Shown piece after piece: positions 28,370 to 36,725 of a stretch of DNA of 64,000 bases; the stretch's first letter is position 1, and each line of letters opens with the position of its first letter. The DNA comes from an uncultured Hyphomicrobiales bacterium (GTDB taxonomy: Bacteria; Pseudomonadota; Alphaproteobacteria; Rhizobiales; Xanthobacteraceae). The DNA lies in assembly GCA_964453555.1 (NCBI GenBank), contig CAYVPC010000001.1, positions 2,340-66,339 on the forward strand. Direction: 5' to 3'. Both the position numbers and the translations under genes were made by a program. The notes under the pieces were generated by a model. That model had not been told where the DNA came from, made no database searches, and was given only the letters and a program-made list of their open reading frames with translations.

Positions 28370-29343
28370 CAAAAGTAACCTTCCTGCTTCTTTCGTTCCA
28401 TCGACGTCGCACCGTCGTGATCGATCACCCGTCCGCGCCGCTCGGAATCTGGGCTTTCCAGTGTTTCCCGAATGAGCTCTGGAACGGTGCGCGCGGTGCT
28501 TTGGATCGCACCAGTCAGCGGATAGCAGCCGAGCGTGCGAAATCGCACCATTTCGGTTCGAGGACGTTCGCCGGGATTGAGCGGAAATCGTTCGTCATCC
28601 ACCATGATCAGCGCATCATCGCGCTCCACCACTGGGCGCGGTGCAGCAAAGTAAAGTGGCACGACCGGAATCCGCTCTTGATGAATGTAGAGCCACACAT
28701 CCAGTTCCGTCCAGTTGGAAAGCGGAAAAACGCGGATGCTTTCGCCGCGGCGCTTACGGCCGTTATAGATGCGCCACGGTTCTGGCCGCTGCCGCTTTGG
28801 ATTCCAGAGATGGTCCGCCGTCCGGATTGAAAACACGCGTTCCTTGGCGCGCGACTTCTCCTCATCACGGCGCGCTCCGCCAATGGCGGCGTCGAAGCCA
28901 TGCAGGTCAAGCGCCTGCCGCAGGGCCTGCGTCTTCATCACATCGGTATGCAGTTCCGAACCGCTGGCGAAGGGGTTAATGCCTCGCGCAAGACCTTCCC
29001 GATTGACGTGCACAATCAAGTCGAGGCCGAGCTCGGATATGCGCGCGTCGCGAAAAGCGATCATCTCGCGAAACTTCCATGTCGTGTCGACGTGCAGCAG
29101 GGGAAATGGCGGCTTCGCGGGATAGAAGGCTTTCAGCGCGAGATGTACCAGGACCGAAGAGTCCTTGCCAATCGAGTAAAGCATCACCGGAGTTTCTGAC
29201 TCGGCGACTGCCTCGCGGATGATATGGATGCTTTCTGACTCGAGTTGCTCGAGGTTCGTCAACGACGAAGGGCCCTGCGATTGCGTATTCGCAAAAGGGG
29301 CAAAATCGTCGATGCGATCGGAAACGGGTGCGAGAGCATCCAT
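28369..29343 (-). CDS. cysD: Sulfate adenylyltransferase subunit 2
   Basis: [18 protein letters not shown]...[14 protein letters not shown]...[18 protein letters not shown]...[13 protein letters not shown] is classic CysD. Confidence 0.95.
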   Translation of the reverse strand: MDALAPVSDRIDDFAPFANTQSQGPSSLTNLEQLESESIHIIREAVAESETPVMLYSIGKDSSVLVHLALKAFYPAKPPFPLLHVDTTWKFREMIAFRDARISELGLDLIVHVNREGLARGINPFASGSELHTDVMKTQALRQALDLHGFDAAIGGARRDEEKSRAKERVFSIRTADHLWNPKRQRPEPWRIYNGRKRRGESIRVFPLSNWTELDVWLYIHQERIPVVPLYFAAPRPVVERDDALIMVDDERFPLNPGERPRTEMVRFRTLGCYPLTGAIQSTARTVPELIRETLESPDSERRGRVIDHDGATSMERKKQEGYF

Positions 29344-29373
29344 GCTCAGTCCTTTACAATTAGAGGCTTAGGC

Positions 29374-30204
29374 CTACGATGCGTCAGCGCGTGTAAAGCG
29401 GCCGTTGCTGGTCAGATGCAGGCCGCATTCTTTTTTCTGCCCCCGTTCCCACCACCAGCGCCCAGCTCGTTCCGGCTCACCGGGTGCCACCGCGCGCGTA
29501 CATGGCGCGCAGCCGATCGATAGAAAACCGCGGTCGTACAACACGTTGTATGGAACATTATTCTCCTGCACGAATGCGTGCGTCTGTTCCCGCGTCCAGT
29601 CGAACAATGGATTTGCCTTGATCAATCGGCGTGACGCGTCAAATGAGACCGGCGCGACTTGCGCCCGGTCATAGGACTGATCGGCGCGAATGCCGGTAAT
29701 CCACGCGGTGCGGTCCTTAAGCGCGCGAGCAAGCGGCGCGACTTTTCGAGTTGCACAGCAATCAAGCCGTGCTTCGACGGAGACGCGGAAGCCGTCGGTG
29801 CCTTGCCGTGCAACGAGCGCTTCGAGGTCAGCGTGGATAGGTGAAAATCCGTAAATTCGCGTTTCATAGCGCTTTTCGGTCGCTGCCCAGACATCGTGCG
29901 TCTCGGGAAAAAGCCGTCCGGTGTCGAGCGTGACCACGTCGATCGCCAGCGTCTGCGAAAAAATCGCGTGGGTGATTGCCTGATCTTCGAGACCAAAGCT
30001 CGTGGTAAAGACAATGCGGCCCGGAACATGCCTACGGAGGGTCGCCACGCGCTCGAAAAGATCGAGCACGGGGAATTCGACGGCCAACAAAGTCGCGCTC
30101 TCTCGCCGGTTTATGTCGTCGGCGATATCTGTGACTTTCTGCGGGACGTTTTGCTCGGGAGACGACGGCCGGGGGACCCCGCGCAATTTCAAAACTTCAG
30201 ACAT
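29374..30204 (-). CDS. cysH: Adenylyl-sulfate (APS)/PAPS reductase, Fe-S type
   Basis: Internal ATG (MSEVLKL...). The CC pair (RLDCCATRK) plus CAPC (SIGCAPCT) fit the [4Fe-4S] APS-reductase subtype. The catalytic KECGLH motif is present. Confidence 0.88.
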   Translation of the reverse strand: MSEVLKLRGVPRPSSPEQNVPQKVTDIADDINRRESATLLAVEFPVLDLFERVATLRRHVPGRIVFTTSFGLEDQAITHAIFSQTLAIDVVTLDTGRLFPETHDVWAATEKRYETRIYGFSPIHADLEALVARQGTDGFRVSVEARLDCCATRKVAPLARALKDRTAWITGIRADQSYDRAQVAPVSFDASRRLIKANPLFDWTREQTHAFVQENNVPYNVLYDRGFLSIGCAPCTRAVAPGEPERAGRWWWERGQKKECGLHLTSNGRFTRADAS

Positions 30205-30734
30205 TTTGGAGCAGTCCCCAGAACCCCGCTTCGTTCTGTCACATAGACTTAAAAGCCAATGACGCCAATGACCTACAAAAGAAAAGAAAATCCATACCGC
30301 GGAGCACAAGCGCCACAGATTTCCGTTTCAATTTTCCGACAAAAGTGAGAAAGGTGTGCGGCTAATTCTTTACTCCGGTGCGAGTGCGCAGAGGTCGGTA
30401 CTCCGCCTGAAGCAGCGCTCAAAAGCTCTTCGCTTCGATAGCCAATCCGTTCACACCAGACACATCCAACCAGTCTCAGCAAGGCGCAAACTCAGTCTCG
30501 GCCGGCAAAATTCGGATATTGAAAATTCGGGACCGGAAGCCCGCAAGAATCTCGCCAAATCGGAGAGGCGCTGCCTCAGGGGGCAAGCTTCTCTGTCAGT
30601 GGCGCCCGAAGAACGCGGAAATCGCCGGACCGCGCGATATTGGTCGAAATCCTCCGCGTCGTCGAAAACAAGAGTAGAAACTTCGCATCCTCTTATGGTA
30701 TATAAAATCAATGGATTAATTATGGGGGAGGGCG

Positions 30735-30875
30735 ATGCGTTTTTTGCAGCATATCGCGGTGTTCTCAGCGTTTGCGATCATTGCGGCCGTGGTCGCTCTC
30801 GGACGACCGCACGGGAGAACCGCTGCGCTCGTTGTGCCGCTTTCGGACGTTCAGGTCGCGACATTCCAAAAGTAG
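30735..30875 (+). CDS. Possible small exported/membrane peptide (46 aa) upstream of the encapsulin gene
   Basis: Below the track's size cutoff; found by eye. GGAGG lies 3 nt before the ATG. Product MRFLQHIAVFSAFAIIAAVVALGRPHGRTAALVVPLSDVQVATFQK has a signal/TM-like N-terminus. No homolog recognised. Confidence 0.25.
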   Translation: MRFLQHIAVFSAFAIIAAVVALGRPHGRTAALVVPLSDVQVATFQK

Positions 30876-31266
30876 GCCGTACGATAGGCCAGCCGTTGGG
30901 GTCAGGCCGTCGCGGCCGCTATCCGGCGTGGAGACCCAAAGTCCGCTTGCAGCAGCCTCGAATCGACTTGCACTGGAATGCCGGTGACGTGACGGCGGCG
31001 CTTCGCCTTGAACGGCTTGAAAAGCCACGCCCGACCAGACTGGCCTCTATCCATCGACTCAGTCGAATATATTTGCTCGACGACCAACAATCATGAATGA
31101 AAATATTTCAAATAGGACATTCCGGCAGCATGAGCTTCCTGATCTCGTGCAAAACAGTGGAAAATGAAGTTACTAATTTTGTGCGGGACGTGGAAAACAA
31201 CCTTCGTGGTGCTTCGTCCGCGCCATCTAATTTTTCCCATACTTACGCCACCGAGAGGCCGACCGC

Positions 31267-32232
31267 ATGGCCGACGACACTGAAGATCGCAGAACACTCG
31301 CAGAAGGCGCTGCGCGTCAACTAGCCAACGCCACAAAAACACGGGCGCAATGGGGCGGCATAACACCGCGCTGGCTCGTCCCCTTGCTGCAGTGGACTCC
31401 GGTCGAGGCCGGCATTTTTCGTTTGAATCGGGTCAAGGAAACGCGGGGCGCGACCGCCGCCTCGTCGGCGGACGTCGAATGCAGCCCGCCGCGGGATCGC
31501 GATCGCGCGCTGCCGGAAACGTTTGTGGACTACGAGGAGCAGCCGCGTGAATACTTTCTCAACGCGGTGACAACGGTTCTCGACGTGCAGACGCGCGTCT
31601 CCGACCTCTACAGCCATCCGTTCGACCAGATCCAGGAGCAGCTTCGCCTTTTGATCGAAAAGGTCAAAGAGCGCCAGGAGGGCGAGCTCATCAACAATCC
31701 CGAATACGGCTTGCTGGCTAACACCGCGCCGTCGATGAAGATCAAAACGCGCAGCGGTCCGCCGACGCCGGACGATCTTGATGAGCTCATCGCCAAAGTT
31801 TGGAAAGAGCCCGCCTTCTTTCTCGCCCATCCACGCACCATCGCTGCGTTCGGCCGCGAGTGCACAAGGCGCGGTGTCCCGCCGCCGACGGTCAACATGT
31901 TCGGTTCGCCGTTTCTGACCTGGCGCGGTCTTCCGCTGGTGCCGTCCGACAAGGTGCCTTTCGAAGAGAAGAAGAAAATCAGCAAAACCAAGATTCTGCT
32001 GTTGCGCACCGGAGAGAAGAGGCAGGGTGTCGTTGGATTGTTCCAGCCCGGCGTTCCCGGTGAAGTGCAGCCGAGCCTCTCGGTCCGCTTCATGGGCATC
32101 AACCACAAGGCGATCGCCTCCTACTTGATCTCGCTTTATTGCTCGCTGGCGGTCCTGACCGAGGACGCACTTGGCGTTCTCGAGGATGTCGAGGTCGGCA
32201 GGTATCCCGAATACGATCATAAATATGCCTGA
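31267..32232 (+). CDS. Family 2A encapsulin shell protein (SrpI-like, HK97 fold, no cNMP-binding domain)
   Basis: 321 aa. The blocks AARQLANATKT, ITPRWLVPLLQWTPVEAGIFRLNRV, TRVSDLYSHPFDQIQEQLRL, INNPEYGLLA, PTPDDLDELIAKVWKEPAFFLAHP, AAFGRECTRRGVPPP, WRGLPLVPSDKVP, RQGVVGLFQPG and LSVRFMGINHKAIASYL match my memory of Synechococcus SrpI. The stop overlaps the desulfurase start. Confidence 0.88.
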   Translation: MADDTEDRRTLAEGAARQLANATKTRAQWGGITPRWLVPLLQWTPVEAGIFRLNRVKETRGATAASSADVECSPPRDRDRALPETFVDYEEQPREYFLNAVTTVLDVQTRVSDLYSHPFDQIQEQLRLLIEKVKERQEGELINNPEYGLLANTAPSMKIKTRSGPPTPDDLDELIAKVWKEPAFFLAHPRTIAAFGRECTRRGVPPPTVNMFGSPFLTWRGLPLVPSDKVPFEEKKKISKTKILLLRTGEKRQGVVGLFQPGVPGEVQPSLSVRFMGINHKAIASYLISLYCSLAVLTEDALGVLEDVEVGRYPEYDHKYA

Positions 32233-34246
32233 TATTCACCCCGCGGCGGATCCGGGCATGGCATCGGCGGCGGCCGCGGATACCGGCCTGCCCGAGGCGA
32301 GCCAACTCGAGCAGATGGCTGCTTCGCTCGCAGCCGCGCACGATCCCACGTTGATTGCCAGGATGGCGAACGCATTGTTCATCGCGTTGCCAAACAAGCC
32401 TGTGCCGGGGCTGGGGGCGGCGTTGTCCTCGGCGCCGGTGTTTTCGGTCGAGCCGGCCTATGCTTCAATTCCAGGCGCGCCGTCCGCCGGTATGCCTCTA
32501 ACACCCAATAACAATCCCGGACTCCCCGCGGTGCCGTGGCCCGGCATGGGAGCGGCTCAGCCATCGACTCCGGGCTTCGCGACTGAACCGCGACTATACC
32601 GAGGTGTAGCGGGGCGGCCGGCGCCGGCTACGACCGGGGCGGGGAACTCATCCGTTCCTTCTTACGCATCACCGTCCGACGCCGCCGCTGCTCCGCCCGT
32701 ACAAAATGGCTTTGTCCGCGAGCCGGACTTCAGCGCGTTACCTGCGGAGCTTGCGAGCGCTCTGTCGTTTGCTCCGCACTTTAACGATGCCGCGGCTCCG
32801 TACGGGGAAATCAGTTCATTGTATGGGCCGGCGGCCGCGCCGCCCAAACCCGACCATACCTATTACTTCTTGAACTATGCGCAGCCGGTCGCCGGCCCGG
32901 CGGCCGCCACCCGGAAGACGACGTTCGATCCTTCGGTGCAATCCGTCGATCTGGGTTCTTTGGCCTCGCAACATCGGCCCGAGATCGCCGCAGCATCGAT
33001 CTCGGAGGTTCGCGCCTTCGATCCGCACGTTTTTCGCCGCGATTTCCCGATCCTCGACCAGACCGTCAATGGCCGCCCCCTGGTTTGGCTCGATAACGGC
33101 GCGACGACGCAGAAGCCGCAGACAGTGATCGACCGCCTGGTCCGTTTCTACCAATTCGAGAACTCGAATATTCATCGCGCCGCCCACACGCTGGCGGCGC
33201 GATCGACCGATGCCTATGAATCGGCGCGCGAGAAAGTGCGCCGCTTCATCAATGCGCCGAGCACGCGTGACGTCATTTTCGTGCGCGGCGCCACCGAAGG
33301 CATCAATCTTGTCGCTCAGGCATGGGGACGCAGAAATGTCGGCAAGGATGACGAGATCGTCGTCACCCATCTCGAGCATCACGCCAACATCGTGCCGTGG
33401 CAGCAGCTCGCCGTCGAGAAGGGCGCCAGGCTGTTGGTCGTCCCGGTGGACGACAGCGGTCGGGTTTTGCTCGACGAGTACGAGAAATTGCTCAGCCCGC
33501 GAACGCGGATCGTCGCGTTCGCGCATGTTTCGAATGCGCTCGGTACCGTCACCGCGGCGCAGGAAATGACGGCGATGGCGCATCGGCACGGCGCCAAGGT
33601 GCTGATCGACGGCGCCCAGTCGATTTCACATATGCCGATTGATGTGCAGGCTCTCGATGCAGATTTTTTTGTTTTTTCGGGCCACAAGATGTTTGCGCCG
33701 ACTGGCATCGGCGTCGTCTTCGGCAGGGCCGGTGAACTCGAAGCCATGCCGCCGTGGCAGGGCGGCGGCAACATGATTGCCGACGTGATGTTCGAAAAAA
33801 CGATCTTTCAAGGCGTCCCGGAGCGTTTCGAAGCGGGGACGGGAAACATTGCCGATGCGGTCGGTCTCGGCGCGGCCATCGACTACCTGAACGGTATCGG
33901 CATGAGCAATATCGCCGCCTATGAGCATGAGCTCCTGGCCTATGCCCTGCAGGGACTGTCAACGGTGCCGGGTCTCAGGCTGATCGGCTCGCCACGCGAA
34001 AGGGCCAGCGTCATCTCTTTTGTGCTCGATGAGTGCAAGACCGAGGACGTCGGCAAGGCGCTCGACCGCGAAGGCATCGCTGTGCGTGCCGGCCATCATT
34101 GCGCCCAGCCGATCCTCCGGCGTTTCGGCGTCGAAGCGACAGTGCGTCCTTCATTGGCGCTCTATAACACGACGGAAGACATCGACGCGCTGATCGATGC
34201 GTTGCTGCGCATTCAAAGCGGACGCGGTCACGCGCTCTATCGCTAA
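32225..34246 (+). CDS. Cysteine desulfurase (SufS/CsdA group II) with a ~260-aa disordered N-terminal cargo-loading domain; predicted encapsulin cargo
   Basis: Start at the internal ATG 32225 (MPDIHP...), 8 nt inside the shell gene. Residues 1-~262 are Pro/Ala/Gly/Ser-rich and low complexity. The C-terminal domain has WLDNGATTQKP, HHANIVPWQ, SGHKMFAPTGIG (PLP Lys) and RAGHHCAQP (catalytic Cys). Confidence 0.9.
   Translation: MPDIHPAADPGMASAAAADTGLPEASQLEQMAASLAAAHDPTLIARMANALFIALPNKPVPGLGAALSSAPVFSVEPAYASIPGAPSAGMPLTPNNNPGLPAVPWPGMGAAQPSTPGFATEPRLYRGVAGRPAPATTGAGNSSVPSYASPSDAAAAPPVQNGFVREPDFSALPAELASALSFAPHFNDAAAPYGEISSLYGPAAAPPKPDHTYYFLNYAQPVAGPAAATRKTTFDPSVQSVDLGSLASQHRPEIAAASISEVRAFDPHVFRRDFPILDQTVNGRPLVWLDNGATTQKPQTVIDRLVRFYQFENSNIHRAAHTLAARSTDAYESAREKVRRFINAPSTRDVIFVRGATEGINLVAQAWGRRNVGKDDEIVVTHLEHHANIVPWQQLAVEKGARLLVVPVDDSGRVLLDEYEKLLSPRTRIVAFAHVSNALGTVTAAQEMTAMAHRHGAKVLIDGAQSISHMPIDVQALDADFFVFSGHKMFAPTGIGVVFGRAGELEAMPPWQGGGNMIADVMFEKTIFQGVPERFEAGTGNIADAVGLGAAIDYLNGIGMSNIAAYEHELLAYALQGLSTVPGLRLIGSPRERASVISFVLDECKTEDVGKALDREGIAVRAGHHCAQPILRRFGVEATVRPSLALYNTTEDIDALIDALLRIQSGRGHALYR
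32351..32380 (+). other. LIARMANALF motif in the desulfurase N-terminal domain (candidate shell-targeting motif)
   Basis: Resembles the LARLANEFF-type motif reported in the disordered N-terminus of Family 2A cargo desulfurases (from memory). It is the only well-ordered-looking hydrophobic patch near the N-terminus. Confidence 0.5.
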
Positions 34247-34412
34247 TCGCCGGTCGTCTCGCTTCGAAGGCTTTAAGCGGAGATAAAGAGATCAGATTCG
34301 TATTTTTCAGACTGGGCTTTTCAGGGAACTCTCTTTCAATAATCGCAATAAATTCGCGTAATACATGCTAGCCGCGAATGACTAAACTGCCTCATCGGGT
34401 CGAGGGGCAGGA

Positions 34413-35372
34413 ATGTCAGACGCGGATCAGAAAATAAGGCAGGTGCGGGAAGACTCCAGTTTGGAGACCGAAGCGCCTTCCCCTCGCTGGAATCTCGATG
34501 CCATCGTTTCCGAGCTGAGATTCTCCCGCGAGGTTAGCCACAATATCCGGCCAAAGGGGATTTTGCGCCAGTCGCCGTCGCGCGACGCGCTTTCCAGGAT
34601 ACTCGACGATCTGTCGGCGGCGCTGTTTCCGACTCATTATGGCCAATCGGAGCTGGGCCGCGAGAACATCGACTATTTCGTCGGCGACACGTTGAACCGG
34701 GCGCTTGTGACGCTGGTCGAGCAGGTTCATCGCAGCTTGTTGTTTTCCGGCGATGTTCGCAGCCATAGCGAAGTTTACAGCGATGCGTTGTTACTCGTGC
34801 GCGAATTCGCCGCCGAACTCCCGACGATCCGTGGCGTTTTGGTCGGCGACGTGCGCGCAGCCTTCCAGGGCGATCCCGCCGCCACCAACCTCTATGAGAT
34901 TTTGCTCGGCTATCCGGGGACGACCGCGATCATTTATCACCGTCTTGCGAACTCACTCTATCGGCGTGGGGCGCCACTCATCGCCCGTCTGATTTCCGAC
35001 ATTGCCCGTTCGAAGACGGGGATCGACATTCACCCCGGCGCCGACATCGGGCCGAACTTTTTCATCGATCACGGCACTGGCGTCGTCATCGGCGAAACGA
35101 CGGTCATTGGCGAGCGCGTGCGCATTTATCAAGCGGTCACGCTCGGCGCGAGGAGCTTTCCGGCAGACAACAGCGGAACGCTGATCAAAGGGAATGCGCG
35201 TCACCCGATCATCGAAGATGACGTGGTGATCTACGCTGGTGCTACGATTTTGGGACGGGTCACGGTTGGCCGCGGCTCGACCATCGGCGGCAATGTTTGG
35301 CTCACGCACAGCGTACCGCCCAACAGCCATATTTCGCAGGCGCAGACTCGCACCAGCGAGCGTGCGGACTAG
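34413..35372 (+). CDS. cysE: Serine O-acetyltransferase (long EpsC/CysE type)
   Basis: Left-handed beta-helix hexapeptide region DIHPGADIGPNFFIDHGTGVVIGETTVIGERVRIYQAVTLG...IIEDDVVIYAGATILG and a SATase N-terminal region. Confidence 0.9.
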   Translation: MSDADQKIRQVREDSSLETEAPSPRWNLDAIVSELRFSREVSHNIRPKGILRQSPSRDALSRILDDLSAALFPTHYGQSELGRENIDYFVGDTLNRALVTLVEQVHRSLLFSGDVRSHSEVYSDALLLVREFAAELPTIRGVLVGDVRAAFQGDPAATNLYEILLGYPGTTAIIYHRLANSLYRRGAPLIARLISDIARSKTGIDIHPGADIGPNFFIDHGTGVVIGETTVIGERVRIYQAVTLGARSFPADNSGTLIKGNARHPIIEDDVVIYAGATILGRVTVGRGSTIGGNVWLTHSVPPNSHISQAQTRTSERAD

Positions 35373-35413
35373 GTCAAACCCGATCGCGTCATTATGGATC
35401 TTGGGGTCTTAAA

Positions 35414-36202
35414 ATGGTTCTTCCCGATATCAATCCGCTTTATTCGGTCTCGGGATTTTTTGTCGGCGTCCTGGTTGGATTGACGGGCGTCGGCGGCGGG
35501 GCGCTCATGACGCCGCTTCTTGTTCTGCTGTTCGGAATTCATCCAACCACGGCCGTCGGTACGGATTTGCTCTTCGCCTGCATCACCAAGACCGGCGGTA
35601 CGTTTGTCCACGGTCTGAGCAATACTGTTGATTGGAAGATAACCCGGAGGCTGGCCTCCGGCAGCGTGCCGGCCACGGCGCTGACCTTGCTTCTGCTGGC
35701 TTATTTCAACCACGGCAGCGACGAAGGCGCTTCCGGATTGATCACGACGGTTTTGGGATTCGCTCTAATCCTGACAGCGATCGCGCTGGTTTTTCGTAAG
35801 TGGATTCTCGATTTTTTCGCGACGCGCGTCGGCGAATTTAAGGAGGGGCGGGCGCGGATGTTCACTGTCGTGCTCGGCGTTTTGCTGGGCGTGCTGGTGT
35901 CGCTTTCCTCGGTCGGAGCCGGTGCCATCGGCGTCACTGTGTTGCTGATCCTCTATCCGCGGCTCCCCGTGGCGAGAATTGTCGGCTCGGACATTGCCCA
36001 TGCCGTACCGCTCACCCTCATCGCCGGTGTCGGTCATTGGTTTCTCGGTTCTATTGATTGGTCGCTGCTCGGCTCGCTGCTAGTCGGATCTCTGCCCGGC
36101 ATCGCCATCGGCAGCTACATTACCGCGCGGATTCCGGATCGCGTGTTGCGGCCGATCCTTGCCTCAACACTAGCGGTGGTCGGCGGCCGGCTGGCATTTT
36201 GA
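35414..36202 (+). CDS. TauE/SafE-family sulfite/sulfonate exporter (DUF81)
   Basis: Internal ATG (MVLPDINPLY...). Polytopic, with GLTGVGGGALMTPLL near the N-terminus and a second GAGAIGV repeat. Confidence 0.85.
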   Translation: MVLPDINPLYSVSGFFVGVLVGLTGVGGGALMTPLLVLLFGIHPTTAVGTDLLFACITKTGGTFVHGLSNTVDWKITRRLASGSVPATALTLLLLAYFNHGSDEGASGLITTVLGFALILTAIALVFRKWILDFFATRVGEFKEGRARMFTVVLGVLLGVLVSLSSVGAGAIGVTVLLILYPRLPVARIVGSDIAHAVPLTLIAGVGHWFLGSIDWSLLGSLLVGSLPGIAIGSYITARIPDRVLRPILASTLAVVGGRLAF

Positions 36203-36423
36203 GTGTTGCACTTGTGCCTTAGTAAGTAATTGAAATCAGACGTCGTGTCCTGAAACTCGTCAAGAAAGGTCTCCTTAAGCCTGCCCTTTCCTAGAGTCGA
36301 GATTAGGGTGCTAACTTGAGCCCCACATTCGTAATTTGCGCAAGGGCTAGACTGCCCATGCAAGAAACACTCACGAGTGAGAGAAGAATTGCTTGGCGCT
36401 AAATCGATAGAGGCGCGCATGAT

Positions 36424-36547
36424 GCCGCTGACGTTCGCCATTGATCGCTGCAATCCGGCGATTCTTCGTGGGTAAATTTGCGGGTGCGCAACAAAGCGGA
36501 GTCCTATTCAATTGATTGTCCGTCACAATTTCCGGCTTTGTACACAG
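36424..36547 (+). repeat. Copy B of the ~125-nt repeat (copy A at 5600..5723)
   Basis: See copy A: 72 of 77 identical in the core, same orientation. Confidence 0.8.
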
Positions 36548-36643
36548 ACACTCCATCCGTCCGCGGATGATTGCAGAACTGAGTGCACGTGCTCGCCCAA
36601 CTTTCCGATTGATGATTGGACCGACTCGCTCAGGTCGACCGGT

Positions 36644-36679
36644 GATGTCAGTTTTTGACCCTTAGCGGACATTCTGAGC
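36644..36679 (+). repeat. Short dispersed intergenic repeat, copy 4
   Basis: gatgtcagtttttgacccttagcggacattctgagc aligns with 3487.. and 4221... Confidence 0.5.
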
Positions 36680-36725
36680 AAGCTTTGGCGAGCAATGTCG
36701 GCACCGGCAATTGTCGTCGGGCCTC

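Noticed and set aside
30451-30711. 86-aa minus ORF upstream of cysH
   Set aside because: It has only a TTG start, no Shine-Dalgarno sequence and no recognisable fold signature.
30356-31096. 246-aa ORF filling the cysH-encapsulin gap
   Set aside because: It has a non-ATG start, Arg/Ser-rich low-information sequence and no RBS, and it crosses regions of very different GC content. I treat the region as non-coding apart from a possible 46-aa micro-ORF.
31321-32220. 299-aa minus-strand ORF covering the encapsulin gene
   Set aside because: It is antisense to the shell gene and has Arg-rich shadow composition. The plus-strand product has the recognisable SrpI-like blocks and is translationally coupled to the cargo gene.
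32816-33589. 257-aa minus ORF and other antisense or alternative-frame ORFs inside the desulfurase gene
   Set aside because: They are shadow ORFs. The plus frame carries all the SufS motifs.
34413-34640. The CysE N-terminal segment ALSRILDDLSAALFP as a second encapsulin-targeting motif similar to LIARMANALF
   Set aside because: This segment belongs to the conserved SATase N-terminal helical domain of long-form serine acetyltransferases. The resemblance is superficial.
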